This document shows, piece after piece, positions 8,909 to 18,319 of a stretch of 64,000 bases of DNA. The stretch covers positions 12,463 through 76,462 of the forward strand of contig JAFGGI010000062.1 in assembly GCA_016930635.1 (NCBI GenBank), read 5' to 3'. The translations under genes were made by a program, and so were the position numbers. Source of the DNA: Sedimentisphaerales bacterium. GTDB lineage: Bacteria > Planctomycetota > Phycisphaerae > Sedimentisphaerales > UBA12454. The notes beneath the pieces are model-generated. The model was not told the DNA's origin. It ran no database searches and worked only from the letters and a program-made list of their open reading frames with translations. Numbering within the stretch: position 1 is the stretch's first letter; each line of letters begins with the position of its first letter.

Positions 8909-8993
8909 TTATATACCTTTCAATATATGATGTATAGAGTATCCTACACTTTTTTTTAAAATTTTCCATATTTTTTATTGCCATACCGAATAA

Positions 8994-9019
8994 GTTACTG
9001 TATTCTACCATACAGTAAC
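8994..9019. promoter_or_regulatory. perfect 9-bp inverted repeat GTTACTGTA-N8-TACAGTAAC (operator candidate)
   Basis: Read directly from the divergent region between the cupin-nikR operon and ORF 9037. Confidence 0.35.
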
Positions 9020-9036
9020 ACGAATTTCAAACTTTT

Positions 9037-10071
9037 ATGCGCAACTTTTTGAAGGAAGGAAATATCTCACGAATGCAGAAGGTCGGAAGAGGGTTGATGG
9101 GGCTTACGGTGATTTTATTGGCAGCAACCTGTTTCGCTGATACACACTGGAAAGTACAGGGAATTACGCCTGATGGCGACGGTAATCATCCGGATTTATT
9201 GACAATGAACAAAGTTACCGTTGAAGGTGTAATATTAAATGATCCTTTATATATAGTGGATGGCACGCCTGACGAATATGCTCCTGAAGGCCCCGGCGGA
9301 ATGTGGGAAATATACATCCAGGGCGGCCCTGGCGACCACGCAGGCACGGCAATTTGGATGGGGCAGTGTTACGATAATGTCTGGGGTAACGGCACATACA
9401 CAGATGCAGAATGGCTGGCAGAACTGTACAGGGTCAATCATGATCCTAATACCGGCTATGATTTCGCGCCGGGCGACAGAGTCAGAGTTACTGGTTTATT
9501 GAAATTTTTTAACGGAAAAACAAATATAAACGAAAGGCACGACACGGATTCTGATAATGACTTTACGGTAGAACTTCTTGAACCGGCCGCCGGTCTGCCG
9601 CAGCCTGAACTGATTACGCTCAGCCAGGTAAAAGATGCGATAGATGATTTCATCTTCGATTATACAAGAACTATCGGCTGTGAATATTATCAGAACAGAT
9701 TAGTGCGTATAAACGATGTCAATATTACTGATGGTACATGGGCGCCGAACGAAGTGCTCACAATAACAGATGATACCGGCCGGACTTTTGATGTCCTGCT
9801 TGGCCTGAGCAAGGGATTTTCAAACTTCCCTATGCCCACAGGTTATATTGATGTAATAGGAATCTTTGACCAGGAAGGTTCGAGTACAGGCGACTACCGA
9901 ATATGGGTGCCCAGTTATGACGGCAACGGAAAAGTTCTTACTGACCGAAGACCCAAACCTCGGAATTTATACGGTGATATTAATAATGATGGTATTGTAG
10001 ATTTTACGGACTTCGCTCAGTTTGCTGCCGAGTGGCTGCAATGTGCCCCGGGCAGCGGTAGTTGTAACTAA
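9037..10071 (+). CDS. secreted protein with C-terminal dockerin-like Ca-binding repeat
   Basis: 344 aa. It has the signal peptide GLMGLTVILLAATCFA and the C-terminal GDINNDGIVDFTDFAQFAAEWL. Confidence 0.55.
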   Translation: MRNFLKEGNISRMQKVGRGLMGLTVILLAATCFADTHWKVQGITPDGDGNHPDLLTMNKVTVEGVILNDPLYIVDGTPDEYAPEGPGGMWEIYIQGGPGDHAGTAIWMGQCYDNVWGNGTYTDAEWLAELYRVNHDPNTGYDFAPGDRVRVTGLLKFFNGKTNINERHDTDSDNDFTVELLEPAAGLPQPELITLSQVKDAIDDFIFDYTRTIGCEYYQNRLVRINDVNITDGTWAPNEVLTITDDTGRTFDVLLGLSKGFSNFPMPTGYIDVIGIFDQEGSSTGDYRIWVPSYDGNGKVLTDRRPKPRNLYGDINNDGIVDFTDFAQFAAEWLQCAPGSGSCN

Positions 10072-10087
10072 AAGGAGTTTGGATATC

Positions 10088-10804
10088 ATGAAGACCAAAA
10101 AGGGTTTCAGCCTGATTGAAATTCTTACGGTAATCACTGTTATTGCATCTTTACTGTCTTTCCTTATGCCGGTAGTAGCAAAAGCACGTCTCCAGGCAAA
10201 AATTCTAAAAGTAAATTACGAACTCGGACACATCGCTCTTGCCCTGGAAGCCTATGCAATGAACAACGACGGAAAATATCCTCCTACCCGCACCGATTGT
10301 GACGAAGATGCAAGAATACATGCTTATGCATTACCAAAGGAATTGATAACAGGCGATTATTTACCGGGCGGCAAAAGTACAAAAGACGATAGTATTATCT
10401 TTGCGATGATTGAAGATGAGTTCAATCCGGGCTGTGCTTACAAGTATATCGCACCAGGAGTAAAGTATGATTACAGCGGCTCGCCGATGACGCAGTGTCT
10501 CTATGTGCCGCAGAATTTTCCTTACTCTATGGAAAAAGACGCACTTGTTAAATACAATGATTCCCGCAAAACAGGAAAATCACCTGTGCGATGGGTCCTC
10601 TTCAGTATGGGACCGAATTATCCGCTTGAAGAACTCCAGCAAAAAGATTTTCCCATAAAAGATGGTTTCCCGGTAAAGAAGGATTATTGGTACGACCCTG
10701 ATAAATGTAAAGGCATTCTCACAAGACTGAAAATGACGGATGAGTATCAGCACTTTGGTACTTTCCAGAGGCACTACCAGGTCTCTAAAGCTCGAATTCT
10801 GTAA
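10088..10804 (+). CDS. prepilin-type N-terminal cleavage/methylation domain protein (pseudopilin-like)
   Basis: The track ORF starts at 10022. The MKTKKGFSLIEILTVITVIASLL start at 10088 is the canonical type IV pilin-like leader. Confidence 0.75.
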   Translation: MKTKKGFSLIEILTVITVIASLLSFLMPVVAKARLQAKILKVNYELGHIALALEAYAMNNDGKYPPTRTDCDEDARIHAYALPKELITGDYLPGGKSTKDDSIIFAMIEDEFNPGCAYKYIAPGVKYDYSGSPMTQCLYVPQNFPYSMEKDALVKYNDSRKTGKSPVRWVLFSMGPNYPLEELQQKDFPIKDGFPVKKDYWYDPDKCKGILTRLKMTDEYQHFGTFQRHYQVSKARIL

Positions 10805-11276
10805 TTTCCGAATTTTCGGTTTCGAGAATTACAATTCTTCCTTTGCCGCTGGCCCAGTCCGTAGACTCACCGGGATTGATTACAAGTGTTTTCCCCTCTG
10901 TACGGATATCCCTGAAGTGTGTATGGCCGTAAACAACCAGGTCATATTTTCCGCTTTCAGCGGCCATGTCCGCAACCGCCGGCTTGTGTGTTATGAAGAT
11001 TTTTTTATCCTCTATTTGCCCTTGGTAAGGGTCCTTATGAATTTCGCCGCCGAAGGTCTCTATCACCTGTTTCAGCATGTCCTTTTCGCCGTCGTTATTT
11101 CCATAAACCGCGATAAATTTTGCACCGCTCACCTTCCCGAACGCATTCGCAGCATAACGGGAACCGATATCGCCCGCGTGCAGAATATACTGAACCTGCT
11201 CTTTATTAAAAATATCGATAGCCTTTAATATGTTCGCATGATGGTCGTGTGTATCGCTGATTATGCCGATTTTCAT
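10785..11276 (-). CDS. YfcE/MJ0936-family metallophosphoesterase
   Basis: 163 aa with MKIGIISDTHDH, HAGDIG, GNND and GHTH motifs. Confidence 0.8.
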   Translation of the reverse strand: MKIGIISDTHDHHANILKAIDIFNKEQVQYILHAGDIGSRYAANAFGKVSGAKFIAVYGNNDGEKDMLKQVIETFGGEIHKDPYQGQIEDKKIFITHKPAVADMAAESGKYDLVVYGHTHFRDIRTEGKTLVINPGESTDWASGKGRIVILETENSEITEFEL

Positions 11277-11393
11277 CTTTCAGCCCTTTGTTAGAAGCAT
11301 CTTTTTAACTTGATATAAGCGCCTATTTCAGTATAATCCCCGTCTGCGGATTAAAACAGTAAAATCACGAAACTTTATTCAGAAAGGTTTAAA

Positions 11394-12593
11394 ATGGCAG
11401 ATGCCCCGAAAGCAAATGCTGTCGTCAGTCAGTCAGGCGGCCCAACAGGCGTCATAAACGCCTCACTCGTAGGCGTTATCGAAGAAGCGAAGAAACACCC
11501 CGAGATAAAAACCCTCTACGGTGCCATCCACGCCGTAAGCGGTATCGTAAAGGAAGACTTCATCGACCTCTCCAAAGTCTCAAACGATACTCTCGACATA
11601 GTCGCAGCCAGTCCCTCTTCAGCCCTTGGCTCCAGCAGAGATAAACCCAACGCCGAGTACTGTCAGAAAATTCTCGACGTATTCAAAAAGCAGGATATTC
11701 GCTATTTCTTCTACATTGGCGGCAACGACTCTGCCAACACCTGCTTTATCATAAACAACATGGCCCGCGATGCAGGTTATGATTTGCGAGCCTTTCACGT
11801 TCCAAAGACTATCGACAACGACCTGCTCGTTACCGATCATTGCCCGGGCTTCGGCACCGCTGCAAAATTCGTTGCCTGCGCATTAATGGGCGATGACCTT
11901 GACAACAGGGCACTGCCCGGCATAAAGGTCGATTGCATTATGGGCAGACACGCAGGCTTCTTAACCGCAGCCGCCGCACTCGGCAGAAAAAGCGAAATCG
12001 ACGGCCCGCACCTGGTTTACTTCCCCGAAAGACCTGTCTCTATGGAACAGATCCTCTCCGATGTTATAAAAGTTTATGAAAAAATCGGCAGATGTGTCAT
12101 CGCCACGAGCGAAGGCATCAGCGATACCGATGGCGTTACCTGGGCCCAAAAAGTTACACAGACAGATGAACACGATGCCCACGGCAACGTCCAGCTCTCC
12201 GGCACAGGAGCATTGGCCGATTACCTCGCAATGCGAATAAGGGCAAAACTGAAAGTCAAACGCGTCCGCGCAGATACCTTCGGCTATCTGCAAAGAAGTT
12301 TCGCAGGCCTTCAGTCCTCAGTCGATGCCGCAGAGGCCCGCAATTGCGGCGCCGAGGCGGTCAAACTGGCAATGACTAACCAAAGCGGCTCTGTTGCTAT
12401 AAAGCGTCTCGCTACCGGCAAGGACTACAAAGCCGAACTTTTCAGAACAGACCTTGCCAATGTTGCTGAAAAGACGAAACATATGCCTGATGAATTTATT
12501 AACGAAGCAGGTAATGGTATAACAGATGCGTTTATCGAATATGCTCTGCCTTTAACAGGCGGCCTACCAAAAACCGCCTACCTCGGTAAATAA
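11394..12593 (+). CDS. pfk: 6-phosphofructokinase, possibly PPi-dependent
   Basis: 399 aa with GGPTGVINAS, IGGNDSA and PKTIDND motifs. Asp in GGNDS, where ATP-PFKs have GGDGS, hints at PPi dependence. Confidence 0.8.
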   Translation: MADAPKANAVVSQSGGPTGVINASLVGVIEEAKKHPEIKTLYGAIHAVSGIVKEDFIDLSKVSNDTLDIVAASPSSALGSSRDKPNAEYCQKILDVFKKQDIRYFFYIGGNDSANTCFIINNMARDAGYDLRAFHVPKTIDNDLLVTDHCPGFGTAAKFVACALMGDDLDNRALPGIKVDCIMGRHAGFLTAAAALGRKSEIDGPHLVYFPERPVSMEQILSDVIKVYEKIGRCVIATSEGISDTDGVTWAQKVTQTDEHDAHGNVQLSGTGALADYLAMRIRAKLKVKRVRADTFGYLQRSFAGLQSSVDAAEARNCGAEAVKLAMTNQSGSVAIKRLATGKDYKAELFRTDLANVAEKTKHMPDEFINEAGNGITDAFIEYALPLTGGLPKTAYLGK

Positions 12594-12600
12594 ATAAAAT

Positions 12601-12846
12601 GTCATTCCCAACTTGATTGGGAATCCATTTCCTGTCATTGCGAGCGCAGCGCGGCAATCTCGGCCTGTCCCGCACCAATTAAGAATTTAAACATTCCTAT
12701 GTCCCTACGATAAAATAAATTAGTGTGGGATTAGCCCTCGGACCTGCGCCGCGGGTTCGTTTAGCCGCCGTCGGCACGACGGCGCAACAGAGCCCAGACC
12801 GTAAGGGAGGGGTATATTTAGCCCCTTGATTTATCAAGGGGTTCGG
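12601..12846. repeat. cluster of repeat modules: gtcattccc...gggaatcc, GTCATTGCGAG..GCAATCTC, and three TTAGCC-hairpin-GGTTCG units
   Basis: Read directly. The last hairpin (12819-12846) overlaps the stop of ORF 12834-13430. Confidence 0.8.
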
Positions 12847-13430
12847 TTATCCCTATTTTTGGTAACGTACTCGTAATACTTTTCTGCTTCCTCATTTGGC
12901 CCAAGAGCAACATCGATTGTCATCTGCAATGCCAACATAGGTCCAGTTACCACTTCATTCAGGTCAAGGTTTTTTGGGTAAACCTCTGGGTTTGTTTCCA
13001 TTTCAAATGATTTAAACCACCAAAGTTCTATTTTTCTAATTAGCTCAATCATTTCAGAAAAAAGTTTGGTTAAATCATAATTGATACCTTCAATTATAAA
13101 TTTCAACATTTCATGGGTTAAGGTATTGCGGCACTTTTTAATTTCCTTAAACTTTTGAATATCTGTCTCATCAATAGCCTTCATATCTTTCAGCCAAAGG
13201 AGATGAGCCTTTAATCGCTTTTTGTGTAGGCTGAGAACCTTTGTCTCGTATTCGGGAGAACTATATGTAAAAAATTCCTGTATTTTGTCTATGATGCGGT
13301 CTTCGAGTAGCTCATATGCTGTGATATATATAGAAGCGACAACAAGATTGGTCCGTAGAATGTCAGGGTGTAAACATTTTTCCCAGGATTTTTCAATTTT
13401 TGCGTCCATATCAATTTCCTCATTTTTCAT
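12834..13430 (-). CDS. hypothetical protein with HEPN-like RNxxxH motif
   Basis: 198-aa ORF that looks AT-rich by eye. It is predicted helical and contains KKCRNTLTHEM (R-N-x3-H). Confidence 0.4.
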   Translation of the reverse strand: MKNEEIDMDAKIEKSWEKCLHPDILRTNLVVASIYITAYELLEDRIIDKIQEFFTYSSPEYETKVLSLHKKRLKAHLLWLKDMKAIDETDIQKFKEIKKCRNTLTHEMLKFIIEGINYDLTKLFSEMIELIRKIELWWFKSFEMETNPEVYPKNLDLNEVVTGPMLALQMTIDVALGPNEEAEKYYEYVTKNRDNRTP

Positions 13431-13475
13431 TTTAATTTGTAGTTTTTATTTTTGATTTTTAATATTTAAATTTTT

Positions 13476-15182
13476 TTATCCTGTCAGGAGTTCGAATTCT
13501 TCGGGGCTGAGGGTTTGTCTTAATTTGCCCAGGGCCAATAACTCTATCTGGCGAATTCTTTCTTTGCTCAGACCAAGTTCATTACCGATTTGCTTTAACG
13601 TCTTGAATTTCTTTTTGACAAGCGAGCCCGTAAGGCCGAAGTGGTAACGAATGATGTACTGCTCACGTTCGGTGAGGTTTTCTTCTATTACCTGTTCGAG
13701 TGACTGGCGGGTGGTTTCGATCAGTTCTATACCGGCCGGTCGGGTCTTTAAATGCTCAGCGGCTGATAATGCGCTGGAGGCATCCTTTTCGGCCTGGGCG
13801 GCAGCGGGCAGGAATTTCGCGAAGTCTCGGGCGATTACCCAAGAGGCATAGGTACTGAACCTGAAACCTTTTTTATAATCGAATTTTTCCACTGCTCTCA
13901 TCAAGGCAATGTTGCCTTCGCTGATGAGGTCTGAAAAATTCGTAGCTGATGCGTGTTTGCCGGCGATGCGGACGACGAGTTTTATGTTCGCTTCGATTAT
14001 CAGATTCTTTATCCGCTCAGCCCGGGTTAAGTACTGCTCTGCTTTTTTCGCTGTTTTCGCACAAGGTTCGGTAAGATTCAATTGTTTGACAAGTTCGGAT
14101 GCGGAATACTTTAAAAAATTGTATCGGCGGAAAAGCTCGGCTTCCTGCTGACGGTTGAGGGCGGGAATCTTTTTTATCGCATCTACGAATTCGTGCCAGT
14201 CATCGTCAGAATTTATTTCTGCTTTATCTAAAATGCCCTTTGGTGTTCTGCGGACCGAGACGGGTTTTGCGAGTATTTGACTTTCGGCATCAGGGCCGAT
14301 GAATTCTATGCTCGGTATATAATCTATTCTGGCCGAGAGGAGCTTTCTTATCCTTTTCCTGTTGATAGTACGGTATATTGTGCTGGTGCTCTTGTTGAAT
14401 TTGGCGGCTATCTGGTCGATAGATGCGCCCGATTCGTGCATATTATAAACAAGCGACGTCTCTTTCGAGCCGAGCAGGATGTGAGGATTTTTGAATATCC
14501 GTCTCTTATTTTTTTCACATTCGACAATAACTGTTCGGACTGTTTCGTGTGACCTTTTGAAATGTGCAGCCACTTTTTTTATTACCGCTGTTCTGCTCAA
14601 GCTGGTATCTGAGCCGAGCTGGGCGGCCAGTTCGATAATGCCCTGACGGACCGCGGGAGTAACCGCGGTAAAATTAGAAGCGTTTGAGACAAGTTCTTTG
14701 TTGGCGGCAGCAAATTCATCAACCCCGGAAGCAGCGAAACCTATGGCAGAGCCTTTAGAGGCGAAAACATATCTTCTGCACATCAGGCCTTTTTTACGCC
14801 AGCGTTCTATTGTCCTTGTTGAGACGCTGAATTTTTCGGCAAGTTCTTCGATGGAATAGATTTTTTCGCCCTGCTTTTCGGCGGGAAGTTTCAGCCTGGA
14901 ACTGGCGCGGAGAATATAGACCGGCAGGTCGCGGATAAGATCGGCACCGCTGACGGTTTGCTCCGGCGGGATGTCTTTAGGTCTATAATCGGTAATCTTA
15001 AAGTAGATAAATTCGAATGGATAGTGCTTTTCGGGTTCGACTATTTTGTAAAGGGCCTCGGCAGCCTTTAGCTGTTCGAGCTGCTTGGCTTTGGGGACAA
15101 AGCTTGTGCCGGTGAAGAGCTGAGCGAGTAAAGGATTTTTTATCTTCCGCATAACGGTGATTTTAAGCAAATTTTGAGCCAA
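13476..15182 (-). CDS. sigma-70 family sigma factor with ~330-aa N-terminal extension carrying three HTH-like modules
   Basis: Region 2 is DLISEGNIALMRAVEKFDYKKGFRFSTYASWVIAR and region 4 is TLKQIGNELGLSKERIRQIELLALGKLR. The N-terminal modules are IEELAEKFSVSTRTIERWRKKG, VIKKVAAHFKRSHETVRTVI and IDQIAAKFNKSTSTIYRTINRKR. The start is TTG at 15182 or ATG at 15152. Confidence 0.8.
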   Translation of the reverse strand: MAQNLLKITVMRKIKNPLLAQLFTGTSFVPKAKQLEQLKAAEALYKIVEPEKHYPFEFIYFKITDYRPKDIPPEQTVSGADLIRDLPVYILRASSRLKLPAEKQGEKIYSIEELAEKFSVSTRTIERWRKKGLMCRRYVFASKGSAIGFAASGVDEFAAANKELVSNASNFTAVTPAVRQGIIELAAQLGSDTSLSRTAVIKKVAAHFKRSHETVRTVIVECEKNKRRIFKNPHILLGSKETSLVYNMHESGASIDQIAAKFNKSTSTIYRTINRKRIRKLLSARIDYIPSIEFIGPDAESQILAKPVSVRRTPKGILDKAEINSDDDWHEFVDAIKKIPALNRQQEAELFRRYNFLKYSASELVKQLNLTEPCAKTAKKAEQYLTRAERIKNLIIEANIKLVVRIAGKHASATNFSDLISEGNIALMRAVEKFDYKKGFRFSTYASWVIARDFAKFLPAAAQAEKDASSALSAAEHLKTRPAGIELIETTRQSLEQVIEENLTEREQYIIRYHFGLTGSLVKKKFKTLKQIGNELGLSKERIRQIELLALGKLRQTLSPEEFELLTG

Positions 15183-15233
15183 AAGTCAAGGGAAATCGCA
15201 GTTTTTTGCATATATCCAGGTGTCAAAATGAAA

Positions 15234-15328
15234 TTGAAAACTAAAAGTTAAAAACTAAAAATTATGGAATCGCCTTCGGCAGAGTTCGTTTTATTGACCC
15301 TGCCAATGTGTTTGCAGGGCTAACCAAT
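15234..15328. repeat. aaaactaaaaactaaaaa...GCCTTCGGC module plus a ...GGGCTAACC hairpin
   Basis: Related copies occur at 27474-27560 and 38596-38645. Confidence 0.75.
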
Positions 15329-15330
15329 CT

Positions 15331-15960
15331 TTATTTTCCGATGAGGGATTTTGCCAAATCAACTGCTGATGCAGCATCGGGAGCGTAGCCGTCGGCGCCG
15401 ATCTTGTCGGCGTAGGCCTGGGTGACGGGGGCGCCGCCTATCATAGTTTTTACGGCGAGGCCAGCGGCTTTTACTGCCTGGACGGTTTTTTCCATCGACG
15501 GCATTGTGGTGGTAATAAGGGCGGACATACCAATAACTTTTGCATTGGTTTCCTTTGCCTTTTGTACGAATCTATCTTCACTGACGTCAACGCCGAGATC
15601 AATGACATCGAAACCTGCGCCTTTTAACATCATAGCGACAAGGTTTTTGCCGATATCGTGGAGGTCGCCTTTGACAGTGCCTACTACGGCTTTTCCGATG
15701 GGTTCAACACCTGCTTCGATGAGCTTTGGTTCGAGGACTTCGAGGGCGCTTTTCATAGCCCGTGCAGCGATAAGGACTTCAGGGATATAAACTTCGTTGT
15801 TCTTGAAACGTTCGCCGATAATGTTCATGCCGGCAATAAGGCCTTGGTTGAGGATGGACTCAGGACTTGTACCATCTGAAATTGCGGCTTTTGTCAGTTC
15901 GAGTGCCTGTGTCTGGTCGCCGGTGATTACGGCCTGGCTTAACGCGTTCATATCTGCCAT
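15331..15960 (-). CDS. cobalamin-binding corrinoid protein (methyltransferase cognate type, MtbC/MttC-like)
   Basis: 209 aa with the B12-binding DxHxxG motif (GDLHDIGKN) and a Rossmann-like C-terminal half. Confidence 0.85.
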   Translation of the reverse strand: MADMNALSQAVITGDQTQALELTKAAISDGTSPESILNQGLIAGMNIIGERFKNNEVYIPEVLIAARAMKSALEVLEPKLIEAGVEPIGKAVVGTVKGDLHDIGKNLVAMMLKGAGFDVIDLGVDVSEDRFVQKAKETNAKVIGMSALITTTMPSMEKTVQAVKAAGLAVKTMIGGAPVTQAYADKIGADGYAPDAASAVDLAKSLIGK

Positions 15961-16212
15961 TATAAACCCCTAAATAATGATTAAAAAATATACCCTATTC
16001 TAACGCCCGTGGAACTATTAATTCTTTATTACCGCTCGCTTACGCTCGCGGCTCTGTTTTCTCCCTGCGCTGTTGCTTGGGCTCTGTTACATCTTAAGGG
16101 GGATATTAAAGCGGTTGCGGGCGGAATTATCAAGAAAGAAGTGCGATATTTGGTGAAATTAATGCGAAACTGTGTTAGGATGCCGGTTTGGAGAACGTAA
16201 ATAAAAGGATTT

Positions 16213-18318
16213 ATGATGAGCAATTACATAGTACTTGTCAAACAAGTACCTGATGTCAGCCAGATAACCGATAATGCTTTTAATCCGGAAACCGGGACGC
16301 TCATACGTACAAGACTGGCCAGTGTGATAAATGAGCTGGATGCGCAGGCGCTGGCGGCGGCTAATTATATGAACCAATTGTGCGGTGAGAGGGGGAAAAT
16401 TGTCTCGCTGACTATGGGGCCGCCGATGGCGGCGGAGGTTTTAAGATACAGCCTGGCAAGGTGTGCCGACAGTGCTGTGCTGCTGACCGATAGAGCATTG
16501 GGGGGAGCGGATACGTGCGCGACGGCGAATCCCCTGGCTTTTGCTATTCGCAAGATCGTTAAGGATATTCTCGGCGGCAGCAGCGATTATTTTATCGTCA
16601 GCGGTATGCAGTCGGTTGACGGGGATACGGCACAGGTGCCGGCACAAATCGCAGAAGAGCTTGATGTGCCCTGCATTGCTTATGTAACGGATATCAAATA
16701 CGACGGGGAAAGGTTCGAGTTTTCAAGGATCATCAGCGGGGGTAATCAATGGGTTGCGAGTAGGTCTGTGCCGGCGGTAATCACGGTTGCGAAATATGAG
16801 TATCCGCTGTTCGCGACTTTTGCGGGCGAGCGGGGCGCCAACAGGTTCGAACTTATTCAATGGGGTACGGATGATATCAAGGCGGAATATACCGGGATAG
16901 AAGGTTCTAAGACACGGGTTATAAGAGTTTTTCCTCCGCCTGGGACGACGAGGAAATGTAAAGAAATAACAGATGCGAGAAAAATTGCAGGGATAATTGC
17001 CGACTGCTTAGACGAGTCGCAAAAGAAAGATGAAAAAGCAGCTGGGGATGGAAACGGTTATGTTTTGCCGGGGGCGAGAGAAAATATTTTCGACAGGAGC
17101 TTTGAAGGGACGCATAAAGAAAGCGAAGATTATAAGATACTTACCGGTATTATCGAAAAGCTCGGGATAAAGAGCCTGGCGGATATTACAGATGATGTAA
17201 AAGAGAAGATTTTGAGCAAGGCCGGTGAGCATTTTCATAAAAATGCGCTGGAAGATATGCTGGAGGGGTTTAAAACGACCGAGCCGGCATATAACGGCGA
17301 GGTTTGGGTGGCTGTCGAGCACGATGGAAATAAGATTCATCCGGCGACATTTGAACTCATAGGCAAGGCAAGGGATTTGGCCGGGTCTCTTAAGACAAAA
17401 GTGGGTGCGGTAGTTGCGGGAGGAAAACCAGAAGGTTTTGGTCAGGAACTTATCAGCGCAGGGGCCGATACGGTTTATGCAGTTGAGCATCCGATGCTTG
17501 AGACTTTCGACCCGAAGGCATATCGAAAGGCAATATCAGAGACTATTGAAAAGTATTGGCCTCAGATAGTATTGTTCGCCGCGACGTCGATGGGCAGGAT
17601 GCTGGCGCCGATGATAGCATACAGATTAAGGTGCGGGCTGACGGCGGATTGTACAGGGCTGGAGATAAAAGACAGCTCGCGAAAGGGACAGGTCGGGATA
17701 TTGATGCAGACAAGGCCTGCGCTTGGCGGGAACGTTATGGCGACGATATGCACAAAGGATTCGAAGAGCCAGATGGCGACTGCCCGGCCGGGGGTAATGA
17801 AGAGACTTGAGCCTGACAAAAAAAGAAAAGGTGAAATTATTAAAAATAAAGTGCAACTCAACCAAACAGATTTGAGCCTGGATATCATAAAGACAGAAAA
17901 GGCGACGGGCAAAATTAATCTCGATTCCGATATAGTTGTCAGCGGCGGCAAGGGTATGCAGAGCAGGGACAACTATGAGAAGTTATTAAGTAAACTCGTG
18001 ACGGCTATCGCTGACAAATTCGATGTAAGTATTGAGCGCGGCGCTTCGCGGGCAGCGGTTGAGCAGGGATTCGTCGAGAGGATACACCAGGTAGGACAGA
18101 CCGGCACTTCCATATCGCCGAAAATATATATCGCATTAGGAATATCGGGGGCGATCCAACATCTGATAGGCGTAGCAAACAGCGAAACGATAATCGCGGT
18201 GAACAGTGACCCGGCGGCGCCGATATTCAAACACTGCGATTACTATATAAATGGAACTGTCGAAGATGTTGTGCCTGAATTGGTCGAGGCGATCGCGGGA
18301 ATAAATAAAAAGGATTGA
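16213..18318 (+). CDS. fused electron transfer flavoprotein: beta subunit (N-terminal), ~90-aa linker, alpha subunit (C-terminal)
   Basis: 701 aa. The N-terminus IVLVKQVPDVSQI...NELDAQALAAA is EtfB-like. The C-terminus VVSGGKGMQ...QVGQTGTSISPKIYIALGISGAIQHLIG is EtfA-like. Confidence 0.8.
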   Translation: MMSNYIVLVKQVPDVSQITDNAFNPETGTLIRTRLASVINELDAQALAAANYMNQLCGERGKIVSLTMGPPMAAEVLRYSLARCADSAVLLTDRALGGADTCATANPLAFAIRKIVKDILGGSSDYFIVSGMQSVDGDTAQVPAQIAEELDVPCIAYVTDIKYDGERFEFSRIISGGNQWVASRSVPAVITVAKYEYPLFATFAGERGANRFELIQWGTDDIKAEYTGIEGSKTRVIRVFPPPGTTRKCKEITDARKIAGIIADCLDESQKKDEKAAGDGNGYVLPGARENIFDRSFEGTHKESEDYKILTGIIEKLGIKSLADITDDVKEKILSKAGEHFHKNALEDMLEGFKTTEPAYNGEVWVAVEHDGNKIHPATFELIGKARDLAGSLKTKVGAVVAGGKPEGFGQELISAGADTVYAVEHPMLETFDPKAYRKAISETIEKYWPQIVLFAATSMGRMLAPMIAYRLRCGLTADCTGLEIKDSSRKGQVGILMQTRPALGGNVMATICTKDSKSQMATARPGVMKRLEPDKKRKGEIIKNKVQLNQTDLSLDIIKTEKATGKINLDSDIVVSGGKGMQSRDNYEKLLSKLVTAIADKFDVSIERGASRAAVEQGFVERIHQVGQTGTSISPKIYIALGISGAIQHLIGVANSETIIAVNSDPAAPIFKHCDYYINGTVEDVVPELVEAIAGINKKD

Positions 18319-18319
18319 T

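Noticed and set aside
8994-9019. LexA SOS box
   Set aside because: The core is CTGT-N10-ACAG, not the CTGT-N8-ACAG spacing of the E. coli-type box. I keep it only as a generic operator candidate.
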